A DNA stretch of 64,000 nt. Origin: Geopsychrobacteraceae bacterium. Lineage in GTDB: Bacteria > Desulfobacterota > Desulfuromonadia > Desulfuromonadales > Geopsychrobacteraceae. Both the position numbers and the translations under genes were made by a program. This document shows positions 40,557 through 49,712 of this stretch, one piece after another (position 1 is the stretch's first letter; each line of letters begins with the position of its first letter). The stretch covers positions 2,336,001-2,400,000 of the forward strand of contig CAXXTB010000002.1 in the NCBI GenBank assembly GCA_963676795.2, in the 5' to 3' direction. The notes beneath the pieces are model-generated. The model was not told the origin of the DNA, ran no database searches, and was given only the letters and a program-made list of their open reading frames with translations.

Positions 40557-41885
40557 CTATGCGATCGAACGCAGCTTGATCTGTTGCCGCTCATGATGGA
40601 CCCGTTCTTCACGCATCTCTTCGGCGGCGTTGGCGATCTCGAAGAGGAAATAGGCTCCCCCCTCGTAGAGAGTATCGTTCTTCAGGGCACTGCCGATCTT
40701 TTCGTAGTTTGGGAAACCACGAATCACCGCCTTTTTGTGAACGCGGTGAGCAAGCGCCTCGCAATGATAATTGCCGATGATCAGATCATAGTCTGCAGCC
40801 ATTTTTTCGGCATCTTCGAGATCACCGACGATCACCTTGTCTGCCACTATTTCGCTCAGCACCGGCGAATCGACCGTCGCAATCGCCAGTGTCACCTTAC
40901 CACCCGCCTCCCTCAAGGATGCGGCCATGGCCACCAGGTGATCCGGTTCCGCAACCAGCAGGAAACGGGTCTGGCCGATGGAGAAATGGCTGTCGAGCAA
41001 GGCATCCTGAAGGCGCTTGCGCCAACGCGCCACCGTTGCCGGAGGCAACTCCCTGGCGCTGACTTCTAACAGCCAGGCAACCAGATCATCGCTGCCCACC
41101 AGGCCGCTGACATGGTTGAAATGCTGATGCCTGATCGCCGGATTCTTCTTCTGCAGGGTTTCGGCAACAGTTTTGACAGAGCCACCGATGGTGAGAATGA
41201 CAGCGGCATCAGCCAGATTTTTAATCGCTTCGACGGATACCCCTCCACTGCTCAGGGACGCCTGTTTTTCTCCCAAGTGACCATCCAGAGAGGATGAAAG
41301 GTCGGGGATAGCGACCACCTTGAAGCCGAAGGACTCGAGCAGTTCGACAACCTTCTCGACCTCGATCGGATGCATGCTGACATGGGGAACCAGGACAATT
41401 TTTTCGCTATCGATCCGGTCGCAGGGTTCGGTCAACTGACTGATCAGCGCCTTGGTCGTCAGGGTCCAGCCACTCTCCAGCCCGCCTTCGTAATCAGGGG
41501 TGTTGACATAGACCAGCGGCACATCGATCTGGCTGGCGACACCGCGGATATCGTCCCCCTTGGTTTCAGGCATTCCGGTGGTGTGCAGACCGATCAGTTC
41601 CGGGGTCACCTTGTTACGGATATTCTTGATCGACTCAACGATACTGTAATCGCCACCATCGAGCACCGCAGTCACATCGGTGACCGCGGTGGTCTGGAGA
41701 GCGATCGGCTCACAGAAGTGGCGGGTGAACATAACCTTGGCAAAACTGGCACAGCCCTGAGCACCGTGCATCAGCGGCATGCAGCGGTCAACACCGAGAA
41801 AGGCCAGGGTTGATCCCATCGGCTGGGTCAGCTTGTGCGGATTGACCTGCAGCGGTTTGACTTTTTTGCGGATTACTTCTCCCAT
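40557..41885 (-). CDS. nifN: Nitrogenase FeMo-cofactor scaffold NifN
   Basis: NPHKLTQPMG, PLMHGAQGC, RHFCEPIALQTTA, RLQDALLDSHF. Confidence 0.92.
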   Translation of the reverse strand: MGEVIRKKVKPLQVNPHKLTQPMGSTLAFLGVDRCMPLMHGAQGCASFAKVMFTRHFCEPIALQTTAVTDVTAVLDGGDYSIVESIKNIRNKVTPELIGLHTTGMPETKGDDIRGVASQIDVPLVYVNTPDYEGGLESGWTLTTKALISQLTEPCDRIDSEKIVLVPHVSMHPIEVEKVVELLESFGFKVVAIPDLSSSLDGHLGEKQASLSSGGVSVEAIKNLADAAVILTIGGSVKTVAETLQKKNPAIRHQHFNHVSGLVGSDDLVAWLLEVSARELPPATVARWRKRLQDALLDSHFSIGQTRFLLVAEPDHLVAMAASLREAGGKVTLAIATVDSPVLSEIVADKVIVGDLEDAEKMAADYDLIIGNYHCEALAHRVHKKAVIRGFPNYEKIGSALKNDTLYEGGAYFLFEIANAAEEMREERVHHERQQIKLRSIA

Positions 41886-43225
41886 GGTGCTTTCCTTTCA
41901 ACCAGTCTGAAAACCGGATTGAGCAGTGAATTCTTGAGATCCTCGGCCATCACCAGCAGCCCGTCGTAACCACCGTAGCTCTTCTTTTTCTCCTGGTTGA
42001 CGTCGGTAAAGGCAATCCGCTTCTTGATCGCGGTGTAGAGGGAACGGCCACCAGCGAGCAGCAGATGAGCGCCGGTATCGTCGATAACCTTGGCCTGTTG
42101 GCTCGCCGGGGTGGTCATCAGGATGGCCTTTTCCCCCAGATACTCGCGGGCCTTGGCGATATCGGCCTCAGTCGACTTGCGGATCGAGGTGGCGACGACT
42201 TCGATCCCCAGATCCTGCAGCGCCGCCGCGATCGACCAGGACTTGTTGCCGCCGGTATTGAGAACCGCCTTCTTGCCGGCGAACAGTTCACGGTAGGGAA
42301 GCAGTTTTTCCTGCAGGCGGGCCTCTTCACGGGCGACCAGCTTGCGTGCCCGTTCGATCAGATCGGTATCGCCGAGGGCTTCAGCAATGGCCATAATGCC
42401 GTTGGAGGTGTCGGTCATACCGTAAAAGGAACAGGAGATCCAGGGGATGCCGTACTGTTCCTGCATCTTGCGGGTCATCGAGATCAGTGACTTGGCACAG
42501 ATGATGACATTGAGTTTGGCGCGGTGGGCGGTGCGCAGCTGACTGATCCGCCCGTCGCCACTGAAGGTCGACAGGACACGGATCCCCAGCTCTTCAAGCA
42601 GGTGCTTGTACTGCCACAGCTCACCGGTGTTGTTGTGCTCGCCGATCAGGTTGATGTCAAAAGGGGTCGTTACTTCAGGTTCAGCCGTTCCGACCAGATA
42701 GCGCAGTACCGCATCCCCGGCAATGCGACTGCCAAGGTTCTTGCCGCCGACAAACCCCGGGGCATGAACCGGCACACAGGGAACAGCGTGTCTCTCAAAG
42801 GCCTGCCTGCAGACGGCATCGATATCATCCCCGATCAGCGCGGTGACGCAGGTCGAATAGACGAACACCGCCTGCGGTGCATAGTTTTCAATAATATAGT
42901 CGATCGATTCGGCCAGCTTCTTCTCACCGCTGAAAACGACATCGTTGATGTTGATATCGGTGGCAAAACCGGTCTGGGTCAGGTCACGCCCCTTCCAGCT
43001 GGTCGGGGTCAGACGCGTTTCCCAGGCTCCGCCGACGCAGGACATCGGTCCGTGAACCAGGTGAGCGGCATCAGCAAGAGGAAACAGTGCGATCTGGGCA
43101 CCATCGATAGCGCAGCCTCCGGTGGTATCGCCCGGCTTGGGGGCATTACAGGAGACCTTCTTATCTTTATTGTGCTCGCAGGCACTCTCGACAAGTAACT
43201 CTCTGACCTTGGGTTTTGTTGACAC
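41873..43225 (-). CDS. nifE: Nitrogenase FeMo-cofactor scaffold NifE
   Basis: GGCAIDGAQI, AAHLVHGP, YSTCVTALIGDD, KNLGSR, TGGNKSWS; GTG start. Confidence 0.92.
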   Translation of the reverse strand: MSTKPKVRELLVESACEHNKDKKVSCNAPKPGDTTGGCAIDGAQIALFPLADAAHLVHGPMSCVGGAWETRLTPTSWKGRDLTQTGFATDININDVVFSGEKKLAESIDYIIENYAPQAVFVYSTCVTALIGDDIDAVCRQAFERHAVPCVPVHAPGFVGGKNLGSRIAGDAVLRYLVGTAEPEVTTPFDINLIGEHNNTGELWQYKHLLEELGIRVLSTFSGDGRISQLRTAHRAKLNVIICAKSLISMTRKMQEQYGIPWISCSFYGMTDTSNGIMAIAEALGDTDLIERARKLVAREEARLQEKLLPYRELFAGKKAVLNTGGNKSWSIAAALQDLGIEVVATSIRKSTEADIAKAREYLGEKAILMTTPASQQAKVIDDTGAHLLLAGGRSLYTAIKKRIAFTDVNQEKKKSYGGYDGLLVMAEDLKNSLLNPVFRLVERKAPWEK

Positions 43226-43324
43226 GACATTTTCCTTTCGGTTTGCTCTTCAATGGATGCGAGCCCGTCGCGCCTTTGGGATGGGGGAATTCATGAACAG
43301 CGTTGCTTTACGTGCCCTATATCC

Positions 43325-43340
43325 TGCAAAACCTCTGCCA
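43325..43340 (-). promoter_or_regulatory. Sigma54 promoter of the nifE operon
   Basis: Minus strand TGGCAGAGGTTTTGCA, GG-N10-GC. Confidence 0.85.
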
Positions 43341-43544
43341 ATTGAAAAGAAGCAATAAAAGGCAATAAATTTTACGTCCTCACTCCAGACCTGAATATTT
43401 TATAGACAGACTGATGATTTGTTTTGCAGCACAAAGTTAAGGCCTGACGAAAATTTCCGACAAACTATTAATGGACACAAATTTTAAAATAGACTAATCT
43501 CAGATTATCGATTTTGTAAAAACCTGAAATGGAAATAAGGGAGA

Positions 43545-44786
43545 ATGATGAAGTCCATTTTCCTTCTCATCTTACTGCTCAGCATCGCTACGGGCAGCCT
43601 GCGAGCGGCAGAGTCTCAGTTTCAGACGGAAACCGTACTGACTTACTTCGATACCCCTGCGTCCAGCCTCTATACAACCGGAAACACTGTCTATGCCTTT
43701 CAGGCCGACGTTTCACCTCAAGCCGGTCCCGGCCTCTCATTCCATATCAACGGCAAAGGACTGATGACCCAAACCGACGGTCGCCGACACAACGACATCA
43801 GTCAAGCCGAACTCGAACTCGGCTATCTAGAATATCGTGGAGATCGGGCCGGCTTCAACGCCCGTCTCGGCAGACAATATATCCACGAAGGAACACTGGT
43901 CAATGTTATCGACGGGATGAAAATTCAGTCGAGCCTGGGCAACTATTTCAGCGCTTCCATGTTCGGTGGCCAGCCGGCAAACATCTACAATGCCGGCGAA
44001 CAGATCGCCGCTTCGACCTATGGCGGCCGTTTGACCAATTTTTCCCGCTGGCATCGTTTCAGCCTGAGTTACCAGAAGTTCGAATCCTCCGAAACAATCG
44101 AGGAGGTTGGAGGTCTCAACCTGAAAACAAACCTCCCTGCTGGCTTGACCCTGACGGGACAGTCTTACTATGACATGATCAATCACATTGAACGTTCCCG
44201 TGACCTCCGGCTCTCATTCAGCAAACGCTGGATAAGTCCACTCTTACGGTTGCTCAAAAGAGACACGAGCAAACAGGACAACTCCCCCCTTGCCATTGTC
44301 GCGGGCAATAATCAGGATTTCAGTTATCTGGGGACAAAACTCTCCCTCCCCGCAACTTCCCGGGCAAAACTGTTTCTGAATATCAAAAATTACGACTATG
44401 TCGTTGAAGACAACAGCGCCAGGTACTACTCGTCACGCCTGCACTGGACAGCATCGACAAAAGACTACATGGGAGCTGAAACTGGTTTTATGCAAAGCAG
44501 AAGTAGAAATAACAATTATCAGATCATTCGACTCTATGGCCACTGGACACCATCGACAAACCTCTTCCCCTTTGACAATATTTCCAGCGAGGCAACTCTC
44601 ATCAATTTTCCGCACAGGGAAGCAGGGGCGAACAAATCGGTGTTCATGTCTTTTCGCTGCGGGAAGAATCTTTTCGATGATCAATGGCAAATGGGATTTT
44701 CAGGAAATGTCAATCGGGCGGGGGATCAAGAGACAAGCCTTCTTGGACTAGTAACATTAAGCTATCGAATTAACGGTAACATATAG
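43545..44786 (+). CDS. Putative outer-membrane beta-barrel, resembling the porin at 47993-49228
   Basis: Signal peptide, alternating beta strands, GYLEY..RLGRQY..IDG motif shared with the porin. Confidence 0.6.
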   Translation: MMKSIFLLILLLSIATGSLRAAESQFQTETVLTYFDTPASSLYTTGNTVYAFQADVSPQAGPGLSFHINGKGLMTQTDGRRHNDISQAELELGYLEYRGDRAGFNARLGRQYIHEGTLVNVIDGMKIQSSLGNYFSASMFGGQPANIYNAGEQIAASTYGGRLTNFSRWHRFSLSYQKFESSETIEEVGGLNLKTNLPAGLTLTGQSYYDMINHIERSRDLRLSFSKRWISPLLRLLKRDTSKQDNSPLAIVAGNNQDFSYLGTKLSLPATSRAKLFLNIKNYDYVVEDNSARYYSSRLHWTASTKDYMGAETGFMQSRSRNNNYQIIRLYGHWTPSTNLFPFDNISSEATLINFPHREAGANKSVFMSFRCGKNLFDDQWQMGFSGNVNRAGDQETSLLGLVTLSYRINGNI

Positions 44787-44794
44787 AAAATATC

Positions 44795-44829
44795 AAAAAA
44801 AATGCCCCTGCATTGCAGGGGCATTTTTT
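44795..44829. terminator. Bidirectional terminator
   Basis: A tract, TGCCCCTGC-ATT-GCAGGGGCA, T tract. Confidence 0.85.
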
Positions 44830-44843
44830 ATTTTTTCTAATTA

Positions 44844-47102
44844 TCAGCGACTGCCCGTACCTGGACGTATTGTCCCCAGATAAGTTTGTGCGGCAGCAGA
44901 ATCTTCGGCCGACAATAAAGTCGCCGCTTCCAGAGCTTGGATATCAGCAACAACCGAACCGTCAATAATACCATCGTAAATATAATCAATTGAGTCCCAG
45001 ATCAAGGTCTTCACATAAAAGCGGTTATGTGCATAGCCACCGGGATCATGTTCAAGTAAATTCAGATTAAATGCAGCCCCCATAACATTCTGCCACTCGT
45101 CAACACCGTATGCTGCTCCCCATGTCGTGTAACTGGCACGGGTAGCGGTATCAGCAGAATCGAAGAAATAGGGGTAAGAAGATGAATCGAAATAGATACC
45201 TTTAGATTCAAGTGCTGTAGCAAGCGTATTCAGAGCAGCTACATACTCCTCTTCCTCAGCCATCAGGAATTCAGCCGCAGCAGTCACCGCAGCACTATCG
45301 CCGCCTTGTGCGACAAAAGCCGGACCATGCCCACCATCGTGACACTCAATGCAGACTGTCGCGGTAATAGCAGTGACCTCACCGGTATCGTCATCTTTTT
45401 CAACCGGCAGGAACGCATGGCTCTTCTCCCCGCTCATATGACAGGCAACACAGGGGCCGCTCTCTCCGGTTCCAGGCTCATCGGCAGTCCCGATCTTATC
45501 ATGAGCGAAATAGGTGACATTAGCATAATCCTGGCCGTCGTACTCATACCCGGTCGTGCCAAATAGCTGGCCGCCGGCGGAGAAATAGTGAGAGTTGATG
45601 AAACTGCGAACACCGTCAGCATCAACTGTCTCCTTGACCACTTCACCTGTCTCGCGCCCCAAGTGGCAACCCATGCAGACATTGGAGCCTTCGATATCAG
45701 GGTAAGACACAATAACTGCCGGGTCGTATTCTTCTGTAATCGCTCCCGGATTCCGTAATACACCTTCTTCAACATCGCTGTGGCAGGCCCAGCAGTAGAT
45801 CATCTCATTCTGGCTACCATCCTGAGTTCCAGAGGCAAAATGAGAGAAATCATTGTCGGCCGGGTCATATCCGGTTGGATCATCAGCAAAGTTTGAGAAA
45901 CCGGTCGAAGTATGGCAGCGCTGACAAGAGGTACTCCAGCCTCCATGAATGAATTGATCATGGGTCGTACCGGTGGCAAGGATAGATTCGACCAAAGTCG
46001 TTGAATTGCTATTATTGACGCCATCCGTTCTGGCTACGGCATATTTAGCTTTCAGCAATTCGCCAGCGTGCCCAGATTGAGCCCACTGGGTATGAATCGT
46101 GGAAGTCGCATCCCTTGTAGCATCAGTGGTGTCAGCATAGCGGGTATTCGTATAAAGTTCGTGGCCGTGGCAATCAAAGCAAGGACTGTCACTATTTTCA
46201 CGGATAATATAACCTTCAATAACATCAGGGCTGCCAGGATTATCGTAATGAGTTGTTGCGACGGTCCGATACCAAGACGTATCGTGGTGACCAATCTGGG
46301 CAGTTGCAACTGATGCTACGGTGTCATCCCCACCGCCAAGTTCTCCATCAGCCCCAAGGTCGGTAGAAATATCGTATGATCCGCCAGTTGCAAAGATATT
46401 AGCTCCGGCACCATCAGTCTTATAATTGTGACATGCAGTACATGTTGCAAGTTGCGTTGACGTACTTCCGTTCGGAGCCCAGGCAGGTGCCACTATCATT
46501 TCTTTTGTCAGAGGATTGTGACAGGCCCCACAAACAGGATTATGTAAAATATGATTTCCTTCCGCATCCAGATTCTCAGGGATATTCGTCGCAACATCAA
46601 ATGCATCTTCAATTTCAGTTTCTGTACCCGTAATATCCTTAAGAGCCATAAAACCTTCAGCAGTATGACAACGCATACAAATGCGGCTATCATGGCTCTC
46701 TGCAATCGCTTCAACATTTTCAGCATCACCGCCATTATGAGATGAGGCCAAAACCCGAGAAGCTTGATCCTCATGACAGACTTCACAACGTGCGAGATCT
46801 GGAGAAGGGTAAGGTATCGGGCCGTCACCGTGGTGATACTGTCCGCCGCCATGACAAGCTTCGCAGTCATGCGTTATGGCAGATCCCAAACCGCTGGAAT
46901 CGAGATTCACACCGGCAATGCCATCAAGGAAAGTGTGAGTGTCCAATGTATGGCAAATTGTACAATTGCCAACATTCTCGGCACCAGCGACGCTGGTTTC
47001 TCCTGTCACCTCACTGCCACCGCTTCCGCCGCTGCTGCCACAACCCCAGAGGATTGCGCTAGCCAGCACTGCCATCAGTAGAACCAACCATTGTTTACGC
47101 AT
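44844..47102 (-). CDS. OmcB-like 12-heme outer-membrane lipoprotein cytochrome c
   Basis: Lipobox LWGC; 12 CxxCH counted; CHGGGQYHHGDGPIPYP and AAFNLNLLEHDPGGYAHN; about 752 aa from ATG 47102. Confidence 0.88.
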   Translation of the reverse strand: MRKQWLVLLMAVLASAILWGCGSSGGSGGSEVTGETSVAGAENVGNCTICHTLDTHTFLDGIAGVNLDSSGLGSAITHDCEACHGGGQYHHGDGPIPYPSPDLARCEVCHEDQASRVLASSHNGGDAENVEAIAESHDSRICMRCHTAEGFMALKDITGTETEIEDAFDVATNIPENLDAEGNHILHNPVCGACHNPLTKEMIVAPAWAPNGSTSTQLATCTACHNYKTDGAGANIFATGGSYDISTDLGADGELGGGDDTVASVATAQIGHHDTSWYRTVATTHYDNPGSPDVIEGYIIRENSDSPCFDCHGHELYTNTRYADTTDATRDATSTIHTQWAQSGHAGELLKAKYAVARTDGVNNSNSTTLVESILATGTTHDQFIHGGWSTSCQRCHTSTGFSNFADDPTGYDPADNDFSHFASGTQDGSQNEMIYCWACHSDVEEGVLRNPGAITEEYDPAVIVSYPDIEGSNVCMGCHLGRETGEVVKETVDADGVRSFINSHYFSAGGQLFGTTGYEYDGQDYANVTYFAHDKIGTADEPGTGESGPCVACHMSGEKSHAFLPVEKDDDTGEVTAITATVCIECHDGGHGPAFVAQGGDSAAVTAAAEFLMAEEEEYVAALNTLATALESKGIYFDSSSYPYFFDSADTATRASYTTWGAAYGVDEWQNVMGAAFNLNLLEHDPGGYAHNRFYVKTLIWDSIDYIYDGIIDGSVVADIQALEAATLLSAEDSAAAQTYLGTIRPGTGSR

Positions 47103-47139
47103 CGAAATACCTCCCCAAGCTAGAGAATGATTTCTTTGA

Positions 47140-47979
47140 TCAATGACACTTGCGGCAGGTTCTGCCGTTGGTGACGTCACTGATGTTATCTTTGATCTTG
47201 TCCCAATCTTCAGGGTGCGGGTTGAAACCGTAGGCACCTCCCCTGGCGCTGTGACATCGCAGACAGACATCCCCATCGGGGTGGCAGGCCTGACAGGATG
47301 CCAGTGATTTTCTTGCCTCGCGAGCATGGCCGACGGACCAGTCATGGAAACTCATGGTAGCGCCGGAGTGACAGCTGTCGCAGGCTAATGTGTTGTTAAA
47401 ACCGGCATGGATCATGTCGATATCGGTACCTTCCAAACCCAGATCAAAGGTTCTTCTATGTGACGGACTACCGATATCTCCGCTCGAAAAACGCCAGTCA
47501 TCATGGCAGTCGCTGCAGAAACGCGTCTCATGACAGCTGTAACACCGGTTGCTGTCGGCCCTGGCGGCAAGCGGATGACTGACATGAAAATCGCTACTAT
47601 GAACGTTGCTCAGGCTGTTGGTGTAACTCCCCTGTTCATGAGCAAAGCCAGACTTGTGACAATCGAGGCAGTCATTCTGCTGATGACAGGAGGTACAGTT
47701 GGCTGCGGTACCCGTTGCCGCCGGTCCGTGATCAAGAGCCCAGAGAGGCCCATGAGTCATCCGTGCCGGAAACTGGACAGCATCGACATCTTCCTGCTCA
47801 TGACAATCGAGACAGACCGATACCTTTGGGGCGATAGTCTCTGCGGTCGAAACGTGGCAGACGGTACAGTCGTCTCCGACAAATTCGGTCACATGGGCAT
47901 TATGGTCGAACTCAGCAGCCCAGAGCGGGGCAACCATAGACACCAGCAGAATCAGAACCAATAAGGCTGTTCGAGTCAT
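47140..47979 (-). CDS. Periplasmic 10-heme cytochrome c (OmaB position)
   Basis: Signal peptide; 10 CxxCH in 279 aa. Confidence 0.9.
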   Translation of the reverse strand: MTRTALLVLILLVSMVAPLWAAEFDHNAHVTEFVGDDCTVCHVSTAETIAPKVSVCLDCHEQEDVDAVQFPARMTHGPLWALDHGPAATGTAANCTSCHQQNDCLDCHKSGFAHEQGSYTNSLSNVHSSDFHVSHPLAARADSNRCYSCHETRFCSDCHDDWRFSSGDIGSPSHRRTFDLGLEGTDIDMIHAGFNNTLACDSCHSGATMSFHDWSVGHAREARKSLASCQACHPDGDVCLRCHSARGGAYGFNPHPEDWDKIKDNISDVTNGRTCRKCH

Positions 47980-47992
47980 AAGGCGCTCCTTC

Positions 47993-49228
47993 TCAGAAAT
48001 TGACGTTCAGTCGAAGCGTACCGCGGTGGTAATAATCCCAGATATCGCTTTCTATATACTCGTATTTGGCCGTGGTGTTGATCGACTTGGTCCAGTCATA
48101 TCGGGCATCGAGCCAGATACGGGTACTGGTTGTTTCGTTCTGATCGCTGTCATCGCTGTCGTAATAGGCAATGTCACGCTCCAGCACATCGAGGTTTACA
48201 CCAAGGCCAGCTCTTAACCGGGGCAGGAATTGATAATTTCCATAGAGCTTGCAGCCATACATTCCCTGCCCGTCGTCATCGCTACGATAGATAGCGGACA
48301 GGTAGCCATAGAGATTTGCTGTCCTGAGCTTCTCCACACCAATTTCCAGAACATCGGCGTCGGAGAACTCATCATAAAACTCATGTGTCAGCCTGGCGAA
48401 ATACTGAAAATCGCGCGACTGTCTCCAGGTCAGCTCAGCCATGAATTCTTCGTATTCTTCAACGGCGAAAACGGAATAGATCGATGTCGATGAAAAAACC
48501 GGCAGAGAATAGAGATATTCAAGCCGTAAGGTGAGGGGAGACGCGATGCGATACTTTCCGCCAAGCAGTGCGTAACTGAGCCGTTCGGAGATGACGTCCC
48601 ACTGCAGTTCGTTATAAATTCGGAGAGAACTGTTCCAGCGGTAGTCCGCGTCGAAACCAATCAGCTCCTTGGCCAGCAGAGCGTTATCCCATTTCTGCAA
48701 GTAAGAACCGTTCATTTCGAGTGAGCCGCCGAGAAAGCTGCCACCCAATTCAAAGCCATCGATCAGGTCGGAAAGATTGTACCCCTCGTAATAGAGGACA
48801 TCGCCGCCGACAAACGCCTTTAGTTTATAGTTCTGCAGGAAAGAATAATCGAGGCGCAGGCCATCCATGATCGAGGCCCCGGCAGAGGTAGCGATAAACT
48901 GTCGCCCCAGCCGCAGGTCGAGATCACTCAGGAGGTTGCGCTTTTCCAGGTAGGCGTAATAGAGCCTGCTGTCGACATCGGCCTCATCGGCAACATCCCC
49001 GGCCAGTCGCCCATAGAACTTGAAATTGTAACCGGAAGAGACCAGATCCTTGATATGCAGCTGAAGATACTGATAGGCAGGAACGGCTGTTTCACTTTCG
49101 GCGGTGTCGTACCATTCCAGAACGGTACCGGATCGTCCTGAATATGTTGCAGCTCCGCTATGATCCGGAAATCCCAGACTCAAAGGTACCAACAGAATTC
49201 CCAGACAAACCCCAAGCCGGATCCTCAT
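47993..49228 (-). CDS. Outer-membrane porin of a porin-cytochrome conduit (OmbB position)
   Basis: Signal peptide, aromatic-rich beta strands, terminal Phe (LNVNF); first gene of a porin-cytochrome-cytochrome operon. Confidence 0.8.
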   Translation of the reverse strand: MRIRLGVCLGILLVPLSLGFPDHSGAATYSGRSGTVLEWYDTAESETAVPAYQYLQLHIKDLVSSGYNFKFYGRLAGDVADEADVDSRLYYAYLEKRNLLSDLDLRLGRQFIATSAGASIMDGLRLDYSFLQNYKLKAFVGGDVLYYEGYNLSDLIDGFELGGSFLGGSLEMNGSYLQKWDNALLAKELIGFDADYRWNSSLRIYNELQWDVISERLSYALLGGKYRIASPLTLRLEYLYSLPVFSSTSIYSVFAVEEYEEFMAELTWRQSRDFQYFARLTHEFYDEFSDADVLEIGVEKLRTANLYGYLSAIYRSDDDGQGMYGCKLYGNYQFLPRLRAGLGVNLDVLERDIAYYDSDDSDQNETTSTRIWLDARYDWTKSINTTAKYEYIESDIWDYYHRGTLRLNVNF

Positions 49229-49522
49229 GCGACCTCCTATTCACTAGTCAGGAGTGAACAGCTCAAGGGCACCGGTCCACGAAAACCGATACCCTCCCCC
49301 GCAAGGCAGATGCATGACAATCCATAAAATGACAAATTATGTCCTTAGTGGCAGAGCAGGACATAAAGTTTTCTTTATCTATTAAATCAACAATTTTTAT
49401 AAATTCAAGTAAAAATTTCGACATATCGATAACTTACGATTTTAGTCAGGTACTCAACCAAACAACAAAAACAACATAACCAACCAGAATCTTTATAAAT
49501 ATCTACATTACATCTCTAAGGT

Positions 49523-49559
49523 TGCACAATAAACGTGCAACCTGCCTAGATTCTTGGCA
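49523..49559. promoter_or_regulatory. Tandem NtrC-type enhancer boxes
   Basis: TGCAC-N7-GTGCA (49523-49539) and TGCCT-N7-TGGCA (49543-49559), centres 20 bp apart. Confidence 0.7.
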
Positions 49560-49611
49560 GCCTCTCCTGAAATAGACACGGAAAATGTTGTATTTCTGTA
49601 TAAGTACAGCA

Positions 49612-49627
49612 AGGCATGCTATTTGCT
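49612..49627 (+). promoter_or_regulatory. Sigma54 promoter of nifV
   Basis: AGGCATGCTATTTGCT, GG-N10-GC. Confidence 0.8.
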
Positions 49628-49648
49628 TTTACGCTTTGCAAAAGTAGA

Positions 49649-49698
49649 GGCAACGTAGCCCCGCAGACAGACACCCATTCTGTCCGGGGCTTTTTTTT
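49649..49698 (+). promoter_or_regulatory. ANTAR-type hairpin overlapping a leader terminator (antitermination switch)
   Basis: GGC-AACGTA-GCC (A1/G4 hexaloop); its 3' arm begins the GCCCCG..CGGGGC-T8 terminator. Confidence 0.75.
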
Positions 49699-49712
49699 GG
49701 GGAGGCAGCAAC

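Noticed and set aside
39684..41069. 461-aa plus-strand ORF
   Set aside because: Antisense to nifN and nifQ; no motifs
49229..49520. Cyclic dinucleotide (GEMM-I) riboswitch upstream of the cytochrome operon
   Set aside because: Common before Geobacter omc genes, but I could not find the GNRA stem plus GCAAA core here
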